Part shown: piece by piece, positions 36,613 to 49,100 of the stretch
How the letters are laid out: each line of letters starts with the position of its first letter
Position numbering within the stretch: position 1 is the first letter of the stretch
Assembly: GCF_022045235.1 (NCBI RefSeq)
Contig: NW_027266341.1
Span: forward strand, 58,962,001 to 59,026,000
Source: Haliotis cracherodii
Lineage: Eukaryota
Direction: 5' to 3'
DNA: 64,000 nt
The notes under the pieces: model-generated
The model's input: only the letters and a program-made list of their open reading frames with translations
What the model was told of the DNA's origin: nothing
Database searches by the model: none
Program-made: the position numbers and the translations under genes

Positions 36613-36890
36613 GGGGGGCACGGGTGGCCCAGTCGTCTAAGGCGCAGCGATTCGCTGTGCAGAGTTGCGTCCCTTGGGCACGCCAGAAACCTATGATTGC
36701 GGGTTCGAATCCCGGTTCGCCCCGATTATGTTTCTAGATTTGTCAGCACCATGCCCGTGCTCATGGGTTTCACCGAAGTTGTTAACGTCTGAGACCTGCA
36801 TCATTTCGGGCTTTCCTCCCACATTAAGCTGACACGCCGCGATATAACTGGAATACTGTTAAAAGTGGCGTTAAACCAAACTCACTCACT
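36613..36890 (+). mobile_element. Full-length tRNA-headed SINE family D
   Basis: A box GGTGGCCCAGTCGTCTAAGG, B box GGTTCGAATCCC, TTTCCTCCCAC core, tail GGCGTTAAAC(ACTC)n; TSD cacaacaat; other copies at 38950-39205(-), 40939-41216(+), 52095-52385(+) and 53367-53610(-). Confidence 0.85.
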
Positions 36891-37368
36891 CACAACAATT
36901 TCTCATGAATTTACAGCCACAGGTGTATTGTCCTATTAGGTGTGTAGCCTTGATATTCTCACGCAGTTGCCTTAGCATAATAAAAGTCATAATGGCATGA
37001 CCTTTCAGGAGCAGATTCTTCCGGAACCCAAGAAAACCGAAGCCATCACCTTGCCAGTTAATGGAAAAGACTTTGCCTTTTTCTTCGCAGGAGATGTTAG
37101 ATGTTTCCACTGCTCTGACTGTTCACCTGTGGATAGAAATGGCTCAACATTATCAGATGGGTGTTTCCAGAACGACGTTAATTCTGATGAGGGATGATGA
37201 ACAGCAGTCACAGGCATGGAACCCGGCATGCTGGAACCTGTGCCATGCCCAGTTCCTTCCTCAGAATGTTTTCAACTCTGCCATGAGGGATAGCTGCTGT
37301 ACAGGCTCTGTGACAGGTTGTGTCGTCGATCATCCGTAATCATATCAACATTTTCCTTTGTGGTGGCA

Positions 37369-37736
37369 GGTGAGGTGAGGTGAGGTGAGGTGAAATGGGA
37401 TTTAACGTCGCTTCCAAGATTATTGCACTTATATAGCGACGTGCATGTACGTGTGTGTGTTTGTGTGGCTGCTTGTACTAGTCCGGACTGATGTCGATTT
37501 ATAGTGCTAGCTCACTGAGATACCATGCCGCAGTTTAACATGAATACCCCACTCAGACACAGTATACTGACTCCAAGCCGACCAGTCCTTGTTTTAGCCC
37601 CTTAATGCCGAGCGCCAGACAGGGTAACAACAAGTACCATCTTTTAACGTCTTTTGGTATGACGCGGCCGGGGATCGAACCCCGGACCTTCCGCTCTACG
37701 GGCGGACGCTCTACCACTAGACCACGGAGGCGGTCT
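37369..37736 (-). mobile_element. SINE family A inserted in the mariner remnant
   Basis: Near-consensus copy; flanking duplication tgtgg(t/a)ggcaggtg. Confidence 0.9.
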
Positions 37737-37872
37737 GTGGAGGCAGGTGGATGTCTTCCTAAACTTGGACCCTCTTCGAAGTTCTCTCTTCCTCTCTTGA
37801 ACTCAACTGTCCACATTAACAGTGACAAAGGAATGACAAACAGCATGTCCACGTCGATGTCTGTTGGAGATA

Positions 37873-38049
37873 CAGTAAACTACGTTTATCACGAACACGC
37901 TTATAACGAAGTGACGGATATAACGAACTGTTTTTTGGGGAGGGCCCGGCCATTTGCGGTATTCTTTGGTTGAAATGCTTTCAACGAACTCCAATTATAA
38001 CGAACAAAAGATATTGGTACCTTTGAGTTCGTTATAACCGTAGTTACTG
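37873..38049. mobile_element. pogo/Tigger-type MITE
   Basis: TA|CAGTAAACTACG...CGTAGTTACTG|TA; internal TTATAACGAA repeats. Confidence 0.7.
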
Positions 38050-38331
38050 TACTTGATGACAACGCGATAGCCAGTCTTTTGTCCATGTTCATTAACAGAG
38101 AATCCCCAATCACTTTGATGCCTGCAGCATGGTTGAGTATTTGGTTCAAATGTAGCCTGTAAGTATGGAATGTATATTGTACATAATACATGCACAACAT
38201 AATACATACACATTTGTAAGGGTGTACTATATGCATCGTTAGGCTTCGAACTTTTCAGATACCAGTACTTTTCAATACAGCAATCCTTCTTTTTGAACAT
38301 ATAGGACGAACAGTCGTGTTCTAAAATGATG

Positions 38332-38575
38332 GACCCGTGAAGATTCCGGGGTAGAACAGGTCTTCAGCAACCCATGCTTGCCGTAAAAGGTGACTAACGG
38401 GATCGGGTGGTCAGGCTCGCTGACTTGGTTGATGCATGTCACCGATCCCAATTGCGTGGGTCGATGCTCGTGATATCAATCACTGGATCGTCTGTTCCAG
38501 ACTCGATTATTTACAGACCGACGTCATATAGCTGGAATATTGCTGAGTGCGGCGTTAAACAACAAACCAACCAAA
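38332..38575 (+). mobile_element. Full-length non-tRNA SINE-like family B
   Basis: TSD TCTAAAATGATG / TCTAACATGATG; tail GCTGGAATATTGCTGAGTGCGGCGTTAAAC(AAAC/CAAC)n; no A/B boxes; further copies at 42083-42335, 52534-52755 and 63536-63800. Confidence 0.85.
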
Positions 38576-40077
38576 TCTAACATGATGACAATTAAGCTCA
38601 GTTTAGACACTATCCGCGCCCGTGTGGGTTATGTAAACCATACAGAGACATGGCACTGATGGCGTTTGTTCAGACGACGCCAGTGGACGAAACCGTTGAC
38701 TTAATGTCGACGCCTGTGTTGACAAATGATTATATGATGTCATGGCATATGATCCTCCTAAAAGGCGGAAACTGTTCGCGTCTTGGCACGGTATGCCGGT
38801 TCCAGGCTCCCTATGCGCGTCGTCAACTTGCGCCAAACTTATATTGCGATATGAAAGACGGGGCCCAGCTTATACTCATTTTGTATATCAGTATGATGAC
38901 ACGGATGATGGCTTTAAATAGGTTCACTGCATTTCTTTTAGCATGGTGATGTGAGTGAGTAGGGTTTTTAACGCCACTTTTAACAATATTCAAGTTATGT
39001 CATGGCGTGTCAGCTTAATGTGGGCGGAAAGCTCGAAGTGATGCGGGTCACAGACGTTTCCCACGAGATGGTGCTGACAGACCTGGAAACATAAACCGGT
39101 CGAACCGGGATTCGAACCCATGACCATAGGTTTCTGGCGTGTCCAAGTGACGCAGTCATGCACAACGAATTGCAGTGCATTTGAATACTGGGCCACCCGT
39201 GCCCCGTTAATATGATGTTGTTAAAAACATTAATTCGTCACGCCAAAGACCGGGTTCGATTCTCCACATGGGTACAATATGTGAAGCCCCTTTCTAGTTT
39301 CTCCAGGGGTGTTCTTGCTCCCTGATTCCGGTTCAATCTGGTTGTAAGCGGTTGCTAAATCATTCGGATGTTCAAGCTCGGTGATTTGTTTGATTGTGTG
39401 TCGTCGTGCCCCGACAGCGTGATACATTGCTCATAATATCAACCACAGGTTTGTGTGACCCAGACTCCATTATTTACAGCCCCGACATACAGCTGGGATA
39501 TTGTTGTGTGGTGTAAAACAACGGATGCACATGGTTTCGCTTGAATATTGCTTGAAGCGGCGTTAAACCCAACTCCCTCACTCACTTAATATGATTAACA
39601 TACGTAGCTATCCTATAGCGATAGGGTGGCTCACTGGATAATGTCCTCGACTGTCCCATATGATTCCAACATGAAATTGCAAGAATGATGCCTTGTTTAC
39701 AATTAATATCAGATATGTCTTGAAATATTTCTCTGCGTATTGAGAATGTAAATATTGAAGTGGCCATTGTTCCAGTCTTCTGCACAATATGATTTTCTTT
39801 TAGATCTTTTGGGAGCTAAGATTGACATCTTTAACATATAAATATCAAAAACATCCAGTATACTTGTATCGGAGATCGTCTCAAGCCGAATGCTTGCATA
39901 TATATATTTACTCGAAATAATATTGCGAATGCTAGTGAGCGAACTGGGATTTTGCACTTAATAACCCCTTTTGCAAAACATACATAGCCCTAAATACAAA
40001 GATTATATAAACAGGTTGCCTAGTGCTTAGCTTGTACTGAAAACACGTCCAAGGGAACCCGTCTTATTTCTAGGCCA

Positions 40078-40134
40078 CCGCTAGGGGGCGTGAGCCTATA
40101 TATAGGCCAAACAAACGCTCAGATGCAGATCAGT
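40078..40134 (+). promoter_or_regulatory. CYP core promoter: CTCF-like motif, TATA, Inr
   Basis: CCGCTAGGGGGCG at 40078-40090; TATATATA at 40097-40104; TCAGT at 40130-40134; ATG at 40169. Confidence 0.6.
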
Positions 40135-40168
40135 AGCTGCACAGTGTCAAAACCGGAGCTTGCCGAAA

Positions 40169-43100
40169 ATGGAGGTGTTTGGCCTGCTCGACGTGCCTCT
40201 TTGGTTGTTGATGTTGATTGGCGTCTTGACATTATACAGCACGTAAGTAAATATGTTTGGTATGCTGTCAAGGTGGAGACATCCTTGTACATAAATGACA
40301 TGTTCGATAGAATTATATCTATCATTCATCGTAGGTGAAGCGTACGAGAGTTAAACAAGAGTTGGTTATTACCCGTGGAAAAGAAACGTGAATAAAATCG
40401 CAAGAATTGGGTAACTAAAAAGTTGGAATGAAAAAATAGACGCTACTTTCTTTAATTAGTTTTTATACATGCATATGTTTAAGTAAATAAACATGAGTTG
40501 ATAGAAGTTCGTGTTGCAGGTGGAAATCTTCACCTGTTTTTAAAAGGGGTTTTGTTACAACAATGTTAAATGTCATTACTATCTCAGATGAAAATTATCA
40601 TGGAGCATATTGAATAAACTGGTTATTAAAAGACAATTGGTGATATAACTGACGGACAGATCACCAGAACTGTCACGCTTAAAACTGCAACCAGTGCAGC
40701 TCTCCTGAACTAAGGGAGGTAACTAAAGCCAGCCTCCAATCCTCAATAATTTTGGATCTATGCACACTCAGGAACCACTGTTATTGCCTGTTGATTATGC
40801 CAATCTAGAATATAGACTCCCCTTACCGAATCCTGTGGGAGTTGTTACAGAAAAGTCAAGAGATTAATTATGAGGCTGACAGCTGGCAGTGCAGAAGGGC
40901 CAGGCCACAATGGGATATGCACCTGATGTTACCCAATTGGGGGCATGGGTGGCCCAGTCGTCTATGGCACAGCGGGGCTGTGCAGAGTTCCATCCCTTGG
41001 GCATGCCAGAAACCTATGATTGTGGGTTCGAATCCCAGTTCGCCCTATTTATGTTTCTAGGTTTGTCAGCACCATACCCGTGCTGGTGGGTTTCACCAAA
41101 GTAGTAAACGTCTGAGACCTGCATCACTTAGGGCTTTCCTCCCACATTAAGCTGACATGACGCGATCTAACTGGAATACAGTAAAAAGCGGCGTTAAACC
41201 CAACTCACTCACTCTCTGTTATCCAATCAACAGGTGATTCTGGTTTACATAAGGTCGACCTAATGGAACAGGTGATTTGGTTGATAGCTAGACAACCTAC
41301 CTTAACAGTATGCATTGTTGCTCATTATATCAATCACTGGTTTGTCTGACCAAGACTCAATTATCTACAGCCCACAATCATATAGGTGGAATGTTAAACA
41401 ACACCTACAAAGAGAAGTATTGATTTAACATTCTCAGCTCCCTTGGGAGTATACTAGTTTTTATTTTTTTATACTTCCATTAGATTGTGCACAGATTGTT
41501 TTTCCAATATCTAAAGATTTGTTCAAAATCAAGTTTTAAAATGGATCTTTTGTATTGTATTGAGGGATGGGTGCAATAAAAAAACTAACAGGGTTTCGTT
41601 TTCCTATTCCCTATGGGGCAGTCAGGTAGCCTAGTGGTTAAAGCGTTCGCTTGTCAACCGAAGACCCGGGTTCGATTCCCGACATGGGTTCAATGTGTGA
41701 AGCCCATTTCTGGTGTCCCTTGCCATGATATTGCTTGAATATTGCTAAAAGCGGCGTAAAACCATACTCACTCATTTTCCCTATATACATTACTAACCCA
41801 TCATAGACTTTGTGGAAAGAACACAAACACTTTTATTCCAAATTTGTGAAATTTGGAAACCAATTGAGCTAAGGAACCTGCCTAAGATTCAAATTTAATT
41901 TGATGTGCTCTGAGCTTGAGGGTAAGATGAGCTCTGTCTTGTTGTTAACAGGTACATGTCCTGGCATCATGGGATCTTCAAGAAGCTGGGGATAGATGGC
42001 CCCCCTCCCAGGCCCATTGTCGGCAACCTGATGACCATCTTGAAGAGTGTGAGTATATCTGACAGAGTTCTTTGATGACACCTTGTTTGTTTGTTTGTTG
42101 TTCAACGTGTCACTCAGCACTATTCCAGCTGTATGGTGGTGGTCTGTAAATAATCAAGTCTGGACCCAAACAATCCAGTGATTGATATCATGAGCATCGA
42201 TGTATGCAATTAGGATATGATGACATGCATCAAACAACACCCAATCCCATTAGTCACCTCTTACAACAAGCTTAGTCGCCTTTTGAGGCAAAACATGGAT
42301 TGATGAAGACCTACTCTGACCTGGATCTTCGTGGGTTTGGTTAGGTTTGTGCCTCATATGCAGCTCAAAAAAAGATATCATGTCAGCCACTTGACCAAAC
42401 TATAAACTAAAGTACAGGTGTTTCATAATTACCATTGATGACACCTCTGTACAGCAATATTTGCAGATCAGACAAGTTAATCCTTTTATTTCACAGGGCT
42501 TTGAGTCTACCAGTGTACTAGGGTTGGTGGGGGTGGGGATTATGCTGATAATCTCTATGGGGGGTGGGGTAATCCTGACCCTCTCCTCATTAGTTCTGAC
42601 TACTTCTGTCCCCAACCAAAGTAACAATAAGTGTTACATTCAGAATGATTTTTGTCTTGCTTTGCTGGTTCGATTTAAACAAAGAGATTGTATTTTTTGA
42701 TTGGACAGGTTAATGGTATTTGTATCCAAGTGAACATCAATGTACATTAGACCTGGGTTAAGTAGACCTGCAGTATTTCTGTCCCTTGTGTTTTACTAAC
42801 TTGCTTCACGTTGATCAAATGCACAGGTGGCGCTGTTATCTGAGGTGCACACTTTAAGGTTGAGGCCAGTGACTGCATCAGGGATCATCGGAAAACATTC
42901 CTGACCTAGCATAATTCAATTTTGTATAAACAGTATTATGCATAATTCAATTTTTTATCAACAGTATTATGCATAATTTAATCTTGTATAAACAGTATTA
43001 TGCATAATTCAATTTCGTATCAACAGTATTATGCATAATTTAATCTTGTATAAACAGTATTATGCATAATTCAATTTTGTATCAACAGTATTATGCATTA

Positions 43101-46100
43101 TTCAATTTTGTATCAACAGTATTATGCATAATTCAAATTTGTATCAACAGTATTATGCATGAATACACAATGCCTTCTATTAGTGTTAGTCATGTTTCAG
43201 TTTTGTGAGAATGTTTCAAAGGCAAAACATTGATAATTATGAGGTAACTTGAAATCAATGAGGGTAATATATTTAAAATTCCTTTTGATAATGAAATAAA
43301 AAAAGTAAAATAATTAGGATTATTATTTTTTTTCTCCAAGAGGATTTGAATGAAAGTCATAATAAACGTTCAAATATGTTGGACCCTTGGAGTTGAACAT
43401 GGCGAAATGTATTAATAAAAGATGAACCTTTTTGTAAAATAGTATTTTAACTTTACTGTTTCACTCTTTACAAGAGGAAATGAGTAATGCCTAGTTTTCT
43501 GAAGTCCTTGTCAGAGAACTATTTGTTGTTAGCCTTTGTTGATTTTGTGATGAACTCTTGATGGCTATTTCCAGGGAATGCATGGAGCCGACTTGTACTG
43601 GTGCCAGACTTATGGAAAGGTGGTGGGGTAAGTTGGTCAGGGTTAGACAGGATGGTGGGGTAAGTTGGTCAGGGTTAGACAGGGTGGTGGGGTGAGTTGG
43701 TCAGGGTTAGACAGGGCGGTGGGGTAAGTTGGTCAGGGTGTGACAGGACGGTGGGGTAAGTTGGTCAGGGTTAGACAGGGTGGTGGGGTGAGTTGGTCAG
43801 GGTTAGACAGGGCGGTGGGGTAAGTTGGTCAGGGTGTGACAGGGTGGTGGGGTAAGTTGGTCAGGGTGTGACAGGGTGGTGGGGTAAGTTGGTCAGGGTG
43901 TGACAGGGTGGTGGGGTGAGTTGGTCAGGGTTAGACAGGGTGGTGGGGTAAGTTGGTCAGTGTGTGACAGGGTGGTGGGGTAAGTTGGTCAGGGTTTGAC
44001 AGGGTGATGGGGTAAGTTGGTCAGGGTGTGACAGGGCGGTGGGGTGAGTTGGTCAGGGTTTGACAGGATGGTGGGGTAAGTTGGTCAGGGTTTGACAGGG
44101 TGGTGGGGTAAGTTGGTCAGGGTGTGACAGGGCGGTGGTGTAAGTTGGTCAGGGTTTGACAGGGTGGTGGGGTAAGTTGGTCAGGGTGTGACAGGATGGT
44201 GGGGTAATTTGGTCAGGGTTTGACAGGATGGTGGGGTAATTTGGTCAGGGTTTGACAGGACGGTGTGGTAGCCTTGTGGTCAATGTGTTCCCTGGTCACC
44301 CCAAAAGCCTGGGTTTGATTCCCCACATTGGTAGACTGTGTGAAGTCCATTTCTGGTAACCTGCCGCCGTGATATTGCTAGGGGTGGTTGGGTAGCCTTG
44401 TGGTTAAGGCGTTTGCTCGTCATGCTGATGCCCCGGGTTTGATTCCCCACGTGGGTACGATGTGTGAAGCCCATTTCTGGTGTCCCTGCCCGGCGAACTC
44501 ACTCACTCATTCTGGGTTTGACAAGAAGCATCTTCCTAGGACAAAATCTAGAATTATTAGTTGCTGGAAAATTTCAGTCACAATGACCAGCAAGATAATG
44601 AGAACCATTTCAGACTAATCATAGCTGATATATGTTAAAGCCAATGTACTTTGAACAGAGTTTGTGTGCATTAGACAACAGACTAAAATAACTTACTGAC
44701 AAATGTGAAAAGAAACCTATCAAATATCACATATGTATTTATATTTTGTTAATTTGTTTGATTAATAATTCCTCCAGCCACGAAAAGGTTGAGGTCCTGG
44801 TTGTAGTAAGGAAGTTTATTGCAGGATCTTCATGACCCGGTTGCCGATGCTTCTGATATCAGATGACGAGATGATGAAACAGATAATGGTGAAAGACTTC
44901 AACCTTTTCCCCAACAGACAGGTCAGATATCTATAGTATCAAACATTCAATTTCACTTAGAAGTGACAGACAGTGAAAACTTTAGAAATATCCCAGTGTT
45001 AATTTTAAGCTCACCTGGAATCCATGTTTTGGTTATGTAATGGCATGTTATGATGCCTGCAGTTGGTCTACTCTTTCTTATGTGCATATTCGCCAGCTTA
45101 CAAAGTGGTACAATTTCTTCAAGATCAGATCCTTTAGTCCAATAAAATAAGATGTGTGTTATGAGAGGTTGCATCAAATCAACCCTAAACTTTAAATGCC
45201 CAGTCTAAAACAAGCATGCTTGGGTTTTTGAGCCAGCCACATGTCAGCATTCTAAAATGATAACTGTTCATTTCTTTGTCTCCTCAATTTGAAATCTGAT
45301 CCCAGCAAAGGAAGACCAACACAGTATACAATCCATAGTACACCCTATTGGCTGCAGATGCCATGCCACTCAGAAACGACAACATGAAATAAAACAACAA
45401 AAAATCAGACCAGTTTCTTATTTTGCATTTCGATCTCCCTGATGATATTCAAGTTACAGATATCAGATATGCTTATCTGAAAGCTTTGCCCCCTCATACC
45501 ATGAATTTAGGAGCCTTGAGGCAGATTGGCCGAATAGAAGGTAACCTGAATCTGACCTGACCCCCTATGGATATGTGGTCAGATCTTCATGCTATCGGAA
45601 TAAAGGTCTGATTTTAATGAGATTACAAGTCATATGCTTTGCTGTCTGTCACTCCATTCACTGTTTGACTTTTTGATGGTATTTTCAATCATAGTGGGAT
45701 TTAAATTTGACAGTAGAATAATTTAATTTGATTAAATATGGATTTAAACATTTATTTTAATCAAGCCCAGCATGTATTTTTTCTTTATCAAGCATAGGGC
45801 AGTATCATCTTTTTTACAACATATTCTATGGTTCTAATGATACTTTTCATTGGTTGTCATATTTCTACCTGTGGGGTACTCCACCAGTTCTGTATGTATG
45901 TAATGTGTGGGTTAGCTTCAGCTTGGTTTCTCAATACAGGAGATTCCCAAGGCAATGGTTGGCTTCCCGATGGATCAGTCTCTGGTTTTCTCAAAAGATG
46001 ACCATTGGAGATTCATTCGGAACTTCATGACGCCAACGTTTAGTGCAGGCAAGCTGAAGCGGGTAAGACTCTTTAATCTTTATTTTTATCATTGACAAGC

Positions 46101-49100
46101 TTTAATTCAATCCGTTCCCCGACAAAGATTCTAGGGCAGAATCAGTTGCCAGTACCCCATGTTTGTAATTATTGCTCACTTAATGAGGATCAGGTGGTCA
46201 CAATGTGTGACCTGTTTGTATATATTGACAGAGTGGAGACCACATCCATTGTCTAGTGGACATGAGGAAGAGTGGGGGCTTGATCCCCGAGTGCTTCATT
46301 CCAAAAGATGTTAAAAGATTGTAATAATGTTGTTACCATGTCTGGGGTTTGGCGTGAAGGAGATGAAACAAGACTGGTCGGCCCGGAGTCAGTATACTGT
46401 GTCTGAGTGGGGTTTCCATGTTAAACTGGGGCATGGTATCTGAGTGGGCTAGTGCTATAAAACCGGCATTAGTCTGGACTAGTACAAGCAGCCACTTACA
46501 CATCCACTATATGTCCAGGGCTAGCATTTTGATAAATGTACGCTATCCCCAGGATCCATTCCCATGGTTCTTGCAATCTCAAATTACCCACCCTTGAGTT
46601 ACATTTGCCAATTTTATTGGCAGTGCTACTAGGTCTAATGTACCGATCAGAATTCGAGTTACAACCTAGCCTCAATTTACGGTTCGCAATATCATCAACA
46701 TGGCGGCCTGTCCCATTGATTAGGATCAAGTTTGCGAGAAATTCAACATTAAAAAACTTATTGACATGCAAAAGAAAGCCCTTAAGAATCTTTTCGATGG
46801 AAAAGATGTTTTCTTTTCCCTTATAACTGGTGGTGGCTTTGGTTTCTAGATAATAAGAGTTACCCCCCTTACCCTCTCCCTTGGCCTTATGTCAACTTTT
46901 GATTGGTCAGTAAAATGACAATAAAAGTAATGGGTGGGTGATCTGGGAATGGATACATGGGTTAGTGTATGGGTTTACTGAAATGCGAGCCCTGGAGATA
47001 TAGAGGATACCACACATAGTAAGAGTATGAATTGAGTTTTACGCCACACTGAACAGTATTTGGGTTACATCAAGGGTTGTCTAGTTTAATATGGAGAAAA
47101 GAGACGCAGGCTGCAGACAGGGCTGTAGAAACTCCAGTGAAACCCACAACTAGAATGATGTGGTTCAGAGGATCCTGCAGGACCTAAGACCATGCGGCCA
47201 CTCATGACCCTGATAAAGGTTTTCAAATGTTCATCTGTCCATGTTATTTCTGCCTGTCTATAATCATTTCATTTCAGGAGCAAAATTCATGTCTTTCATA
47301 GTTCTCTTTGAAACTTTCGACCAATAGCAATGTTAAGTGGATTCTCTTGCTGTTTATGGAATTTTAGCTCATGAGACCAAAGGTCCAAGTGAGCTTCATG
47401 ATTTAGCATGTTGTCCTTCGTCTGTGCATCGTCAGTCCACAGGAAATGATGCACTCAAAAGGAAGATATCTAACACAAAGATAGGACAAAGGTTTGCCAT
47501 TTAGCTTAGTCCATCTTTAACATCACTAAATATATACTACTCAAAATTTGATAAGGATCACCAGGTGATATGTGTGTAAGTTACCACAAACATAACAAAA
47601 GACATGACTCTGACTCAGAAACGTGTTTAATCATGTTATGAATGAAAATGCATGAACGGCATGAACTTGTATCAATATGGAATGTTTGAAATCTGCAAAC
47701 ACCAAAAGGCATTTCATTAAAAAATGTTAACAGCAGACAAGAGAAAGAATTACACAGTTATGAGGGATAGTCCATCATTACACTTAGTCGATGAAGTGTC
47801 AATATCGAGTATGACCTCCCCTTGCATCAATGACGGCCTGACAACGTCGAGATATGCTGTCAATAAGCACCCGGATGTTCCCAATGGGAAGGTTGTTCCA
47901 CTCTTCCACGAGGGCATGTCCGAGCTCTGCCAAAGTCGTGGGTTGTGCTCTACGGCGTGAAAGGGCAACCTGCAGCATGTTCCAGACATGCTCAATCGGG
48001 TTCAAGTCAGGCGAGCGCGCTGGCCAATCCATGCGGACAATTGTCTCCTGCTCAAGGTACTGCTCAACCACCCTGGCGCGATGAGGACGGGCGTTATCAT
48101 CCATCAGGATGAACTCAGGGCCAACAGCACCAGCGTAGGGTCTGACGTACACATCGAGGATCTCATCCCGTTACCTCACCCCCGTCATTGTTCCTCTCTC
48201 CAGGACATGAAGATCTGTCCTTCCATCTCTGTTGATTCCACCCCAGACCATGATGGAACCACCACCATAACGGTCATGTTCACTGATGTTGGCATCATGG
48301 AAACGTTCACGTTGTTGTCGCCACACCCGCTGCCTCCTGTCTGTAAAGTCCAAACAATACCTGGACTCATCGGTGAACAGAACTGGAACCCAATCGTTCC
48401 GTGTCCAAGTGACATGATCTTCAGCCCATTCCAATCGCTCCCGCCGGTGTCGAACAGTCAGGGGGATTCGGACACATGCCCTTCTCGAGTAGAGACCTGC
48501 ATTGTGAAGACGATTCCGTATCGTCTGAGTGGACACATTCACCCCCGAGGCGTTCAGGAGGTCGTTACGTAGGCTGGTTGCTGTCCAGAAGGGATGACGT
48601 CATGCCTGAAGAGCCACAAAATGATCTTGGCGTTGGGTTGTCGACCTCTGACGACCACCCCCCTGTCGGTGTGCTGCTGTACCAAAATTTTGCTGTCGGG
48701 ACCAGGCCCTGCTTACAACGCTCTGGCTGACGTTTAGTGCATTGGCAACGTCACGTTGTGAATAGCCAGCATCAAGCATTACAATACACCTGCCCAGTTG
48801 TTCTGTCGTCAGGCGACGCCTTACACTTTGAGGGGGGCATTGCGTAGATAAACGTAGTGTAAACACTCAATTGAGTTTACAGTTTCACAATGAATCAGAC
48901 ACCGTTGCCTGATTGGAAATCGTGCAATGGTAGCAAAAGCATGAACTGTGATGTGAAACGCATTTCCCATGGCATGAAATGCACGTGCACCCGTGTTGGA
49001 GACGTTTTTGATTTCACTTGAACACAATATTGCCTGTTATGCAGTTATTTTGTTTTTTTATTAAGAAAAATATCTACGATCCTTATCAAATTTTGAGTAG

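Larger units (their letters stand above)
36940..38086 (-). pseudogene. Decayed mariner-family transposase, split by later insertions
   Basis: Fragments in mariner order: MDK/GYRVVIKY, WTVEFKRGRENFEEGPSLGRH..ATTKENVD, QSEQWKHLTSPAKKKAK...GKVMASVF, LRQLRENIK; frameshifted. Confidence 0.75.

Noticed and set aside
38332-38405. Canonical HDV-like or hammerhead ribozyme in the family B head
   Set aside because: A CTAA junction follows a hairpin, but no P1 strand precedes the closing helix and there is no CUGANGA/GAAA core; kept only as an unclassified structured RNA
47988-48572. 194-aa + strand ORF
   Set aside because: Antisense shadow of the Tc1 transposase
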